From an uncultured Chloroflexia bacterium (GTDB taxonomy: Bacteria > Chloroflexota > Anaerolineae > Anaerolineales > UBA4823), in the NCBI GenBank assembly GCA_963793095.1, contig CAWBYY010000001.1, positions 70,431 through 134,430 of the forward strand: a DNA stretch of 64,000 nucleotides, read 5' to 3'. The position numbers and the translations under genes are program-made. Below the pieces are notes generated by a model that made no database searches, had not been told where the DNA came from, and worked only from the letters and a program-made list of their open reading frames with translations. This document shows, one piece after another, positions 27,904-37,696 of this stretch. Each line of letters begins with the position of its first letter. The first letter of the stretch is position 1.

Positions 27904-29434
27904 TCAGCCTGTTATCCATAAGGCTGTGATGGTTAATATACTGACGAACACCACCAGAATAAGGGTATAGACTAGCAGTTTTCGTAAAATATCCCCTTCC
28001 CTGCCAGCCATGCCGGCAGTGCTTGCCCCAACCACCACCTTTGTTGGAGCGAGTATAGATGCCAGGGCTGCCCCGGCCGTCTGGGCGCCGAGGATAATCG
28101 CCAGCGAATATCCCAGTATTTCTGCTGTCCTTTTCTGTAATGGGCTGAATACGACATTCGAATTTGTATTGCTGCCGGTCATAAAAGCGCCCAGGGCTCC
28201 TATCCAGGGCGCCACCAGAGGATAAAGAGAACCAATCATTCCAGCCAATCCCCTGGCAAGGGTGTCGGTCATCCCGGCATGCTGCATAACCACAGCCATG
28301 GCTACCATTGAGGCGATGCTCACGCTGGAGGACATAACCCGCTTGACGGTGCCTTCCAGGATATTTTTTACAGAACCTTTCCCATACAGTCCAGCCCAGC
28401 GGTAAATGAAATATGCCAGGATTACGGAATAAAGCAGCAGCACACTGGTGTGGCTGAACAGTTTAAATGACCTGCCGGGACCGGCAGCCGTTGTATATCC
28501 TGCAGATGTGCTGACTTCAGGAAATAGGACCTGAATCTCTACCGCTCCCAGCCAGTTTTTGATCAGCGGGATGAGCTGGACCCCCAGTGTGATTATTATC
28601 AGAATCAGGTAACCGGAAAGGGCGATTATTAATCGCGCGCAGATCCAGTTTGCCGTCGACCTGGTTCCCTTTGCGGGTGCGCAGGGCAAGCGGTATGGCG
28701 ACCAGCAAACCCGCCAGGGCGCCGATGAATGATCCCAGGTACCAGGGCCCCGAAAGCACAACCACGACCATTACCGCGCCCATAACAGCACCTATCAGCA
28801 GTACTGCTGTAAAGGTGTGTTTTACGGCCTGCCAGCCCCCTGCGGCGTGGGCGACCATCAAACCAACCGGTATCGTACAGATTGCTAGAAAGAGCACAGC
28901 CGGCGGCGCCAGGAGTTGGGCAGAGAGGTTTGTGGCTGCCATCATTGCATTAAAAGATGAGCCCAGTGAACCGAAAGTCACTGCCCAACCATGACCAATT
29001 GAAGGGATAACCACTGCGGTTAGCGGCGAAAATCCAAGGCCTACCAGAATTGGGGCGATCACTGCCACCGGGACGCCAAATCCGCCGACCCCCTGCAAAA
29101 ATGAGGCGAAAACCCAGCCGATTAATAGAGCCTGCATAACCCGGTCTGGCGTCAGGTAGGGCAGGGCTGAACCGATGGTTTGAATTGCGCCGGCTTCGTC
29201 AGCCACCCGGTATAACAGAAACGCCGCCCAAATTATCAGGAGCACGTCAATAGTAAGGAGGAGTGCTTTTGCATGCGCATAGGCAAGCAGTTCGGGGCCG
29301 GCGCCAAAAAAGACCACCGCTATCAACAAAGCGCTCAAATATCCCACACCGCCGGCTCTGGCCGCTCCCCAGCGGAAGCCAACCATCAGAATCAGGATCA
29401 ACAAAATTGGCAGCGACGCAAGCAGAAAGTTCAT
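27904..29434 (-). pseudogene. L-lactate/glycolate permease (LctP family), reading frame interrupted (3n+1)
   Basis: N-part ORF 28517..29434 (…FLQGVGGFGVPVAVIAPILVGLGF…) and C-part ORF 27904..28761 (…GALGAFMTGSNTNSNVVFSPLQ…). The junction is near 28626-28640. The span of 1531 nt equals 3n+1. Confidence 0.8.
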
Positions 29435-30441
29435 TTTGAATATAAATGCACCAGGAAAAAGCCAAGCGCCAGCCCCGGGATTAATATCAAACCGGCTTCC
29501 GGGCCAAATGCTCCTCCAGTAATTAACCCGGGTCCGTCATTTATCTGTCCTACCAGACCCTGCAGGTTTATTCCGCTCACCGGGAATCCGAAAACCGTCC
29601 CTTCAAAAAAATTCCAGCCGATATGCAGCCCGATCGGCAGCCAGAGCTGCCGGGTGCGGACATAAGCGTATGCCAGGAACAATCCCGCTGCGAACAAACC
29701 AATAAATGCAAACCCAGACGCAGAGGGGTTAGCCATATGCAGAAAAGCAAAAACCAGAGAGGATGCAAGCGAGCCCCATAAAAGCGATTTTTTTCCAGTG
29801 AATAGGTTAAGCAGTGCGACCAGGGCGGAAAGAATGTTCGTGCTGAACCATGATTTTGAATCCAGTTTTTGAATGCTGCTCCTGGCGCCATCGGCGAAAT
29901 TCTGCAAGTGGTAGCCCCGGCTCAACAATTCTTCGTCGAAAGCGACCAGGCTGAAGAACAGAAGCGCGGATAGCGTATTCTTAATCATAATTTGTGGGGG
30001 AATGGTTTGCCAGGAAAAACCAGTAAACCGCAGCCAGCCTGCTGACCATTCGAGAAAAAATATCAGCGCCATGATTATCCCGGTGATGGCGAATCCCGCA
30101 AGCAAATCTCTGGCTGCCAGCCAGTTCAGGCGCAGTCCCAGGCTGGTGAAGGACCGCCGGTCCAGATATCTTCTCGCCAGAAAAACAGTGATCAGGACAG
30201 CAGCAAGGGAGATGGACTTATCCAGAAGTAAGGTTGGCGAAAGATATGCCCTTAAAAGGAAAAGAAAAGCGAGGTAGAGCACAATTGCGAACGCCTGGTA
30301 AAACACACCCTGGAATAAAATGCGCCAACCAGCACGAAATCTGGGCTCTTCCGGTGAGAGGAATAAAGTCTTGAAAAAGGAACCCTTAAGTTTCAGTTTA
30401 TCTGGAGGGGGAGTTTTTTCGCTCGGGAGGCTGGTTTCCAT
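29431..30441 (-). CDS. CPBP family intramembrane glutamic endopeptidase (CAAX protease-like)
   Basis: The motifs FDEELLSRGY (EExxxR) and FAFLHMANP (FxxxH) occur in a polytopic protein. There is a 4-nt overlap with the lactate permease gene. Confidence 0.85.
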   Translation of the reverse strand: METSLPSEKTPPPDKLKLKGSFFKTLFLSPEEPRFRAGWRILFQGVFYQAFAIVLYLAFLFLLRAYLSPTLLLDKSISLAAVLITVFLARRYLDRRSFTSLGLRLNWLAARDLLAGFAITGIIMALIFFLEWSAGWLRFTGFSWQTIPPQIMIKNTLSALLFFSLVAFDEELLSRGYHLQNFADGARSSIQKLDSKSWFSTNILSALVALLNLFTGKKSLLWGSLASSLVFAFLHMANPSASGFAFIGLFAAGLFLAYAYVRTRQLWLPIGLHIGWNFFEGTVFGFPVSGINLQGLVGQINDGPGLITGGAFGPEAGLILIPGLALGFFLVHLYSK

Positions 30442-30449
30442 GTAGCAAT

Positions 30450-30500
30450 AATAAACATCATTAAATAGATGAGGTTGAAAGCTGATGTCTCAACCTCATC
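30450..30500 (-). terminator. stem-loop with T-rich tail downstream of the CoA-transferase B gene (terminator or intercistronic hairpin)
   Basis: A perfect 11-bp stem pairs 30468-30478 with 30490-30500, with an 11-nt loop. On the minus strand it is followed by TATTTAATGATGTTTATTATT. It starts 15 nt after the stop at 30516. It ends only about 10 nt before the CPBP ATG, so read-through or a processing role is also possible. Confidence 0.5.
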
Positions 30501-30515
30501 TCTGAGATTGGCATA

Positions 30516-31289
30516 TTATTTGATGTAGATCCCGGCTGGATCCAGTTCCTTCCGGAGGATTTCCAGTTCCTGGATTGAGGGGGGTTTGGTCTCTTTAACC
30601 TGCGGGGCGGCTTTGATTTCCCAGCCGGTATTTTCCTGCACATCTTCGAATTTTTTCCCCGGGTGGAGAGCGGTCAGGATTAATTCGCCATTCTCATCCG
30701 GTTCAAGGATGCACAGATCGGTGACCACCGCGGCCGGTCCGCCCCCTCTCAGTCCAGCCGCTTCCCGTTCCGCCCGGCTTCCCAGAAAGCCAGCCGAAGT
30801 CCGAAAATCCACTTTTTCCGGGAAGCGCCTTATCTGGTGCGGGGTTATGATATAGCAGCGGTTTGCCCAGGCAGCGATCTCCTTTGACCCACCTGAACCC
30901 GGCAGGCGCACCTTTGGGTGCTGGTAGCTTCCGATCACGGTGGCGTTTATATTGCCAAAGCGGTCTATTTGAGCGCCGCCCATAAATCCCACATCCACGT
31001 TGCCGCGCTGCAAATAAAGCGCGAAAATATCGTACATGCTGCATACGGCAGCCGCTCCGCTGACGAGGGTCGGGTCGCCAATTGAGAGCGGCAGCCGGGC
31101 TGGTTGGGCCCCGATTACGCCGGCTTCGTATATCATCAATAAGGAAGGCGCATGGGTCCGCCGGGCAAGATTGCAGGCAAGATTTGGCAGTCCAACTCCT
31201 ACAAAAACAACATCCCTGTCCCGCAGCAGCCTGGATGCATTAATTGTCATCAGCTCTGCCGGAGTGTAACTATCCAATTCCATTTTCAA
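30516..31289 (-). CDS. CoA-transferase subunit B (family I, glutaconate/3-oxoacid type)
   Basis: 257 aa with VVFVGVGLPNLACNLA, MIYEAGVIG (catalytic Glu context) and GGAQIDRFGNIN. There is a 4-nt overlap with subunit A. Confidence 0.85.
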   Translation of the reverse strand: MKMELDSYTPAELMTINASRLLRDRDVVFVGVGLPNLACNLARRTHAPSLLMIYEAGVIGAQPARLPLSIGDPTLVSGAAAVCSMYDIFALYLQRGNVDVGFMGGAQIDRFGNINATVIGSYQHPKVRLPGSGGSKEIAAWANRCYIITPHQIRRFPEKVDFRTSAGFLGSRAEREAAGLRGGGPAAVVTDLCILEPDENGELILTALHPGKKFEDVQENTGWEIKAAPQVKETKPPSIQELEILRKELDPAGIYIK

Positions 31290-32194
31290 TACCTCCCGTA
31301 ATTTACAGGGATTGAAAGGCTGGGCGCTACTTTGAGCCTTTCATGGGTTTCAGGGCCGAGTTTCTGCCAGTATTCCGAGCGGTTTTTAATGCCGTACACC
31401 CATTCCGACAGGTAGTCCTTAACCAGGTCGGGGGAACGGCTGATTTTGTCCCACTCAAGGTAAAATGCGTTGTCCCGGTCGTAGTAACCCTGGGTGTATG
31501 ACGGGTGGCTGGCATAGGGGACATGGCAAACCGCATCCACAATATAAGCCGGGATGAGAGTCCGGTTGGGATCCGATCGGATAACCGCTTCGTCGACGAT
31601 CTCCTCCGCGGTCAGGATAACCCGCCCGGAGGCAAAAGCGGCTTCTTTTTGTTCACCGATGATCCCCCAGATCTGGCCATTGCCCTGGGCGTCAGCCCGC
31701 TGGACATGCACGATTGCCACATCGGGGTTCAGGGAAGGAACAACAACAACCTCCCCGCCGGAATATGGATCCTGAACGCGCCTGTACTGCGGATTCTCAT
31801 TTTCAAGGTCGACCGCAGCGGTGGGGTTCATGGGCATGAAAGGAAGTCCGGCGGCTCCAGCCTGCAGCCGTGAGATCATCGCAAAATGGGAGTATTCTTC
31901 CCAGTCCAGGCGACCTGTCTCGATCTGATCCCTTACAATCCGCAGCGATCCCACCCCGGGGTTGCCCATATATGAAAAAATTACTTTACGGGCGCAGCCT
32001 GCCGCAGCGATCTGGTCATAGATTAAGTCGGGCGTTGCCCTGGCAAGTACCAGATCCTTTTTATCCTGGCGGATTATCTCGTGGCCAGCCGCAAAAGGGA
32101 TCAGGTGGGTGAATCCAGCCGCGTAAATGGTGTCTCCGTTCTGGATAAGTTGTGAGACAGCCTCACTCAGAGAAATTAATTTCGATTTGTCCAT
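31286..32194 (-). CDS. CoA-transferase subunit A (family I)
   Basis: The conserved part starts at MDKSKLISLSEAVSQLIQNGDTIYAAGF (ATG 32194). The track extension to 32410 is Pro/Ala-rich and overlaps the hairpin region. Confidence 0.85.
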   Translation of the reverse strand: MDKSKLISLSEAVSQLIQNGDTIYAAGFTHLIPFAAGHEIIRQDKKDLVLARATPDLIYDQIAAAGCARKVIFSYMGNPGVGSLRIVRDQIETGRLDWEEYSHFAMISRLQAGAAGLPFMPMNPTAAVDLENENPQYRRVQDPYSGGEVVVVPSLNPDVAIVHVQRADAQGNGQIWGIIGEQKEAAFASGRVILTAEEIVDEAVIRSDPNRTLIPAYIVDAVCHVPYASHPSYTQGYYDRDNAFYLEWDKISRSPDLVKDYLSEWVYGIKNRSEYWQKLGPETHERLKVAPSLSIPVNYGRY

Positions 32195-32255
32195 GGTTTT
32201 GTATTCAGGGATAGGGAAATGGATGCGGCTGTTCCCTATCCCATTTCCTTTAAAA

Positions 32256-33830
32256 TTAATTAACCAGAGTCTGAATCTGCTCGTGCATATAAAGAGGCAG
32301 GTAATAATGCCCGCCGGCATTCTTACCGCTCGACCCGGACCCTTTCCAGCCTCCAAAAGGCTGAAAGCCGGGCCAGGCGCCGGTGGTGGCGCCCTGCGGG
32401 CGGTTGGCATAGTTAACGCCTGCCTGGATATTCTGGAAAAACCAGCCGGTCTCCTCTTCGCTTCCGTAGAAGCCCGCCGTCAGGCCATAATGGACACTGT
32501 TCGCCAGCTCCATCGCCTTTTGAAGGTTATCAACTTTTGCGACGGTTGTGATTGGAAGGAACATTTCGTATTTCCACAGGTAGTGATCCAGGGGGAGATC
32601 TACAACTAAAGTGGGCTGGCAAAAATAACCGCTGGATAATTCACCATCAGCGATTACCTCCCCGCCGGCTACCACCCGGCCAGATTCTTTAAGATCTGCG
32701 CTGAACTTTTTAAAGTCATCATAAGAAGTACGATTAATGACCGGTCCCATCCAGATCTCTTTCCTGGTCGGGTCGCCGACCGCTATTTTTGAAGTCAGCT
32801 CTACAAGTCGATCTACAAGTTCATCGTAAACTGGCGCTTCAACAAATACTCTCGAGCATGCTGAGCATTTCTGCCCCTGGAGACCAAAAGCGGAACGGAC
32901 AATGCCGGCTGCTGCCCGGTCCAGATCACCGTTTTTAGAGACAATGGCAGGATTTTTGCCGCCCAGTTCAAGGATTGCAGGGCGGACATAATTTCCTCTG
33001 GCAAAATCGCGGAAAATCCCCATCCCGACATCGTACGACCCGGTAAAGGTCACCCCATCCACCTCGGGGCTTTCGATGAGAGCCTGGCCGAGGGTCCTGC
33101 CCGGTCCGGTCACGTAATTAAATACGCCGTCTGGCAGGCCTGCCTCCCGGTAACATTCAGCCAGCAGGCGCACAACCAGCGGGGTGTCCGTGGCGGGTTT
33201 CATTACGACAGTGTTGCCCGTGACAAGCGCGGCCCCGGATGGTCCGCCGGTCAGCGCGGCCGGGAAATTAAACGGGCTGATGATAAGCCAGACGCCGTAT
33301 GGGCGCAGTACAGACATGTTGGATGCAGTGTAACCCACCAGAGGGTCGCGGCCCATTTCAACAATGAACCCGCCATTTTTTTCCATCTGGTAACAGGCAT
33401 AGCGGATCAGGTCAGCTGTCTCGGCTACATCGCCCAGGCTCTCCATTCTGTTTTTGCCCACTTCGAGGGCCATCGCCGCGCCGATTTCAAAGGTGCGCTC
33501 ATCGATTACATCTGCAGCCCTGCGCATGATTTCTACACGTTCCTGCCAGGGCGTTCCACTCCAGGCTGGAAATGCCTTGCGAGCGGCGGCAAGGGCTTTC
33601 CGGGCATCTTCCCCATCCCCTTTTTGAAACACCCCCAGGACCAGATTTTTGTCGATGGGAGAACTGTCCTCAAATTTTTCCTCACAGAAGTGGTCCTGGC
33701 CGTTTATTATCATTCCATATTCGGCGCCTAAGCTTGATTTAATCACCCCCAATGCTGACTCAAACCTGGAATGCAGTTCCTCAGGTGGATCAAACATGGT
33801 CGCATAGGTGAGTTTAAATTTTTCTGTCAT
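32256..33830 (-). CDS. aldehyde dehydrogenase family, probably L-glutamate gamma-semialdehyde (P5C) dehydrogenase
   Basis: 524 aa with ELGGKNP and GQKCSACSR (catalytic Cys context typical of P5CDH). The N-terminus FKLTYATMFDPPEELH resembles the Thermus-type PruA. Confidence 0.8.
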   Translation of the reverse strand: MTEKFKLTYATMFDPPEELHSRFESALGVIKSSLGAEYGMIINGQDHFCEEKFEDSSPIDKNLVLGVFQKGDGEDARKALAAARKAFPAWSGTPWQERVEIMRRAADVIDERTFEIGAAMALEVGKNRMESLGDVAETADLIRYACYQMEKNGGFIVEMGRDPLVGYTASNMSVLRPYGVWLIISPFNFPAALTGGPSGAALVTGNTVVMKPATDTPLVVRLLAECYREAGLPDGVFNYVTGPGRTLGQALIESPEVDGVTFTGSYDVGMGIFRDFARGNYVRPAILELGGKNPAIVSKNGDLDRAAAGIVRSAFGLQGQKCSACSRVFVEAPVYDELVDRLVELTSKIAVGDPTRKEIWMGPVINRTSYDDFKKFSADLKESGRVVAGGEVIADGELSSGYFCQPTLVVDLPLDHYLWKYEMFLPITTVAKVDNLQKAMELANSVHYGLTAGFYGSEEETGWFFQNIQAGVNYANRPQGATTGAWPGFQPFGGWKGSGSSGKNAGGHYYLPLYMHEQIQTLVN

Positions 33831-34039
33831 TGCTTTATGCTCCTTATAAAAATCAAAATGAATTGGGTGGCATCCCGGACATCTGGATACGCAGGATACA
33901 CAAATATTGATCAGGTGAAAAATTGAATTTTTCCGATAAAACGTTCTCCATATGCCGGTTGCCTATAGTATAGTCCACCCGGTTTGGATAGTCAAAAGTA
34001 AAGTGTATTCTTTGAAAGGTGACACAATTCACATTTTTA

Positions 34040-34068
34040 TTGCCAGTTGACAGTTTTTCGGCTAAACT
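34040..34068 (+). promoter_or_regulatory. sigma70-like promoter candidate
   Basis: TTGCCA (34040-45), a 17-nt spacer, then TAAACT (34063-68), 8 nt before ATG 34077. This implies a very short or leaderless 5' end. It is a pattern match only. Confidence 0.3.
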
Positions 34069-34076
34069 AAAGCAGG

Positions 34077-34847
34077 ATGCTTTTTAGCGGAACTTCTTTC
34101 GTTGGAATTGACCCAACTGCAGGCGTAAAACCTTTTGTATACGCCGCGATAGATAAAGACCAGGGACTGCTGGCGCTCGGTCAGGGACAGATTGATGATG
34201 TGCTGGCATTTGCAGCCGGCCAGCGCCAGGCGATTGTGGCGGTATGTGCGCCGAGACGACCCAACACCGGCATGATGAGGCGCGAGTCAATCCGGCAGGA
34301 GTTAGATCCGGTTCCTCACCCCGGGAGGTGGGAGGACTTCCGCCTTGCAGAATACCAGTTGAGTCAGCACAATATCCGCATCCCGCAGACAAGAAAACGA
34401 GAATCAGATTGCCCTAAGTGGATGCAGATGGGATTCAGCCTTTTCAGGGGACTTGAGAATTTCGGCTACAGGGACTATCCACAGCCGGATGCCCGCTGCC
34501 AGTTGATGGAAGTATATCCGCATGCCAGCTTTGCTGTTATCCTTGGAAGACTCCCTGTTCCCAAGTACACGCTTGAGGGGCGTTTGCAGCGCCAGTTAGC
34601 CCTGTTTGACAGAGGGGTCCAACTTCCGGATCCGATGGACTATTTTAAGGAGATTACCCGCAGCCGGTTATTATCCGGGGACCTTCCAGAAGGTGATTTA
34701 TATTCAGCGGGTGAGTTGGATGCCCTGGTTGCGGCTTACAGTGCATGGTTTGGTTATACAAGACCGGGTCAGATAACCCTGCTCGGCGATCCTGAAGAAG
34801 GCCAGATTGTGGTTCCTGCGAAGAAAATAATAACCCGCTACACATAA
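34077..34847 (+). CDS. DUF429-like RNase H-fold protein (hypothetical)
   Basis: The pattern FVGIDPTAG...AVCAPRRP...MEVYPHASF...ELDALVAAYSAW resembles DUF429. The function is unknown. Confidence 0.55.
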   Translation: MLFSGTSFVGIDPTAGVKPFVYAAIDKDQGLLALGQGQIDDVLAFAAGQRQAIVAVCAPRRPNTGMMRRESIRQELDPVPHPGRWEDFRLAEYQLSQHNIRIPQTRKRESDCPKWMQMGFSLFRGLENFGYRDYPQPDARCQLMEVYPHASFAVILGRLPVPKYTLEGRLQRQLALFDRGVQLPDPMDYFKEITRSRLLSGDLPEGDLYSAGELDALVAAYSAWFGYTRPGQITLLGDPEEGQIVVPAKKIITRYT

Positions 34848-34963
34848 ATTCAACCGGATAGAAAATTGATTATGGCGGTCAGGAAAACTTTAAGGGGTTA
34901 TGCGTGTTTTATCCATTCGAGAACAAAAAAAATCCATAAAGGGGCATCCTCAAAATAAACGAT

Positions 34964-35881
34964 ATGACCCAGAAGAGAGTGAAAGTTATTGTAAATCCAC
35001 AGGCTGATTTCGGATTTGCCTGGCAGGGTGCCGGCGCGCTTGAAAAGATCGCTGAGGAATTCTCCGGGATAGAATGGGCATACACAGAATACCCCCATCA
35101 TGCCAATAAACTCGCTTTCCAGGCTGGACTGGAGGGCTATGATATGGTGGTTTCGGTGGGCGGGGATGGGACAACCCACGAAGTCGTCAACGGATTGATG
35201 GAATTGGAAACTGCCAGTAGACCGGTTCTGGGTGTAATTCCGATGGGTTCCGGTAATGATTTTGCATTTGCCCTGGGTATGGACCCGGAGCCAGATGCAG
35301 CCTTCCGCCAGGTGATAAACGGGCAGATCAGGAAGGTGGACATCGGGCTGTTGAAAGACCAGTATGGGCGCAGCGAATATTTTACAAATGCTATTGGGAT
35401 AGGTTTCGATGCAACTGTAACCAATTATTTTCACAAAGTGAAATACCTGCGAGGCATCCCTGCTTACATGGCTGCAATTATCCAGACCCTGATCCTGCAT
35501 CACGATGCGCCTCGAATGCAGGTTAAGACAGATATGGAGCAGTGGGAAGAAGAATCGCTCATGTTTGTTATATGCAACGGCAGCCGGGAGGGCGGTGGTT
35601 TTCTGATCGCTCCAAGCTCGTTGCCTGATGACGGCGTTTTTCATTACGCCCGGGTGGTGAAAGTATCGCGTTTGATGATGCTCCGCCTGATACCTGAGGT
35701 AATGAAAGGCACTCATGAACGATTCAAGCAGGTACACTGCGGATATTTCCAAAGGATGGAATTAAATGCTGACCGGCCTCTCCAAATCCATACGGACGGC
35801 GAAATCTACGCTGGATTTGAGTCAACTATCCAGAAGGTCTCTGTTGAAATCCTGCCTGGAGAGATTGAGGTTGCAGCCTGA
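34964..35881 (+). CDS. diacylglycerol-kinase-family lipid kinase (YegS/BmrU-like)
   Basis: DAGK catalytic-domain motifs are VVSVGGDGTTHEVVNG and IPMGSGNDFA. The stop TGA overlaps the ATG of the next gene (TGATG). Confidence 0.85.
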   Translation: MTQKRVKVIVNPQADFGFAWQGAGALEKIAEEFSGIEWAYTEYPHHANKLAFQAGLEGYDMVVSVGGDGTTHEVVNGLMELETASRPVLGVIPMGSGNDFAFALGMDPEPDAAFRQVINGQIRKVDIGLLKDQYGRSEYFTNAIGIGFDATVTNYFHKVKYLRGIPAYMAAIIQTLILHHDAPRMQVKTDMEQWEEESLMFVICNGSREGGGFLIAPSSLPDDGVFHYARVVKVSRLMMLRLIPEVMKGTHERFKQVHCGYFQRMELNADRPLQIHTDGEIYAGFESTIQKVSVEILPGEIEVAA

Positions 35882-37590
35882 TGCCGGACTTTGTCACAAG
35901 TCTGCAAGGAAAAGACCTGGGACATCTCGAAATTATCGCTGAGTTATGGGGAATAGAATTAGAAACCCAGGACGTCCACAAAGGGATCAAACATCTCCAG
36001 ACGGTTTTATTCAACCAGGATTTTATCTGGAGGATGCTCGAAAAAAGCCCGCAGGAATCCAGGCTGGCATTGTTCGATTTAAGCTCCAATCAGGGGCGAA
36101 TGCGCTGGTCGGAGTTTAAAAAAAAGTACGGGGATATCCGTGACATTGGGGCGGGTAGAAGGGACCGGGAGAAACCATACTCAGACAATAAAACTTCCCC
36201 AGCCGAAGCGCTCTGGTACCGGGGATTGATTGGGCGGACTTTTTTTGACAGCTCTTCCGGTCTGGAAGAATACATTTATATCCCGGACGATATCCAGGAA
36301 GTTTTACCCTCTGAAAATAAACTGGAATCACAGCGCTTAGGAAGACCTGCATTAAAATACGAATTTAAATATATACTGCCCGCCCGGGACTGGATTTTAG
36401 AAGATGCCTGCACACTGCTCGCAGGCCTGCGCTGCAAACTGGATCATACCCAAATTGCCCCCAGCACCAGACATACTGCTGAATATCCATTATTTGCGGT
36501 AACAACTTATCTTAATGCACTGCAGTCGCTGTTATTTTCCGCTGGAATATTGGATGAAAATAATGAACCTTATCCGGATCGAACCCGGGCGTTCCTGGAA
36601 TCGGTGAAGGGGGATGCCCTGCTGAGTTTATTTAATGCATGGCTGAACAGCGAAAGTTTTAATGAGCTTTCATTTATCCCCGGGATAAAACTTGAAGGGG
36701 AATGGAATAACGATCCCAAAGATACCCGGAGGCGGGTGCTCGAATTTATTGGAGCGCTCTGCTCTGCTTCAGGACAGGAAATTGGCGTCGTGGAACCAAC
36801 CTGGTGGTCACTGCCGTCAGTTGTGAGCGATGTTAAGGTTGCCTCACCTGATTACCAGAGACCGGCTGGCGATTATGATTCCTGGTACATCCAAGATGTT
36901 GAGAGCGGGGAATATCTGCGCGGCTTCGAAAGTTGGGATAAAGTGGATGGGAATTTGATCTGTTTTATGCTCACAGGTCCGCTTTTCTGGCTGGGATGTG
37001 TCGAACTGGGATCCACCCTGGATCCGGATAATGCGCGGTACAACGATATCAGCGCATTCAGATTTTCGGGATGGGCAAATGATTTTTTCAATAACCGCCC
37101 ACCCCGGGGGACCAGCAGTGAAAAAGGCGAGCTTTCGATCGGGTCGGATGCCCGGATAAGCGCCCCGCTGGGAACCAATCGAGCGCTGCGCTACATTGTA
37201 TCCCGTTTTTGCGAGTGGCAGGGCTATAGCAGGGGCAGTTACCGCTACCGGATTACACCCTCATCTCTCGAATCGGCCCGCCAGGGGGGTTTAACAGTTG
37301 GCCATCTCTTGAGAGCGCTGAACCAGAGTGGATGTGATGTCCCACCGAACCTGGTCATGGCATTGAAAGGTTGGGAGAAAGGTGGGCCCCAGGCTAAAAT
37401 CGAGGAGCGAGTCCTTTTAAAAGTCAGCTCTCCGGAAATTCTGACCAAATTAAGCGCATCCCGTGCGGCTCGTTTTTTTGATGGACCGCTAAGCCCTACC
37501 GTAATTGCCATTAAACCCGGTGCCTGGCAAAAGGTCGCTCATGCGCTGGCAGAACTTGGTTATCTGGCGGAAACCACAATCGAAGAATAG
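35881..37590 (+). CDS. large hypothetical protein with Helicase_C_3 (XPB-N-terminal-like, helicase-associated) C-terminal region
   Basis: 569 aa. The C-terminus YRYRITPSSLESARQGGLTVGHLLRALNQSGCDVPPNLVMALKGWEK...LSPTVIAIKPGAWQKVAHALAELGYLAE matches, from memory, the pattern of PF13625-type partners of bacterial XPB. This was not verified by search. Confidence 0.5.
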   Translation: MPDFVTSLQGKDLGHLEIIAELWGIELETQDVHKGIKHLQTVLFNQDFIWRMLEKSPQESRLALFDLSSNQGRMRWSEFKKKYGDIRDIGAGRRDREKPYSDNKTSPAEALWYRGLIGRTFFDSSSGLEEYIYIPDDIQEVLPSENKLESQRLGRPALKYEFKYILPARDWILEDACTLLAGLRCKLDHTQIAPSTRHTAEYPLFAVTTYLNALQSLLFSAGILDENNEPYPDRTRAFLESVKGDALLSLFNAWLNSESFNELSFIPGIKLEGEWNNDPKDTRRRVLEFIGALCSASGQEIGVVEPTWWSLPSVVSDVKVASPDYQRPAGDYDSWYIQDVESGEYLRGFESWDKVDGNLICFMLTGPLFWLGCVELGSTLDPDNARYNDISAFRFSGWANDFFNNRPPRGTSSEKGELSIGSDARISAPLGTNRALRYIVSRFCEWQGYSRGSYRYRITPSSLESARQGGLTVGHLLRALNQSGCDVPPNLVMALKGWEKGGPQAKIEERVLLKVSSPEILTKLSASRAARFFDGPLSPTVIAIKPGAWQKVAHALAELGYLAETTIEE

Positions 37591-37696
37591 CTGAAAATTT
37601 CAAATGCGGTAAAATTGTGCATTCAAAATTTCCCCTGGTAGGTGAATAACACTTAAAAATCAGGGGAAAGTGTTTGCAAACGAAGCTTGAGGTGAA

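Noticed and set aside
34898-35752. 284-aa minus-strand ORF.
   Set aside because: It is antisense to the DAGK-family kinase, which has GGDGT and GSGNDF motifs. Its composition is His/Cys/Phe-rich and atypical.
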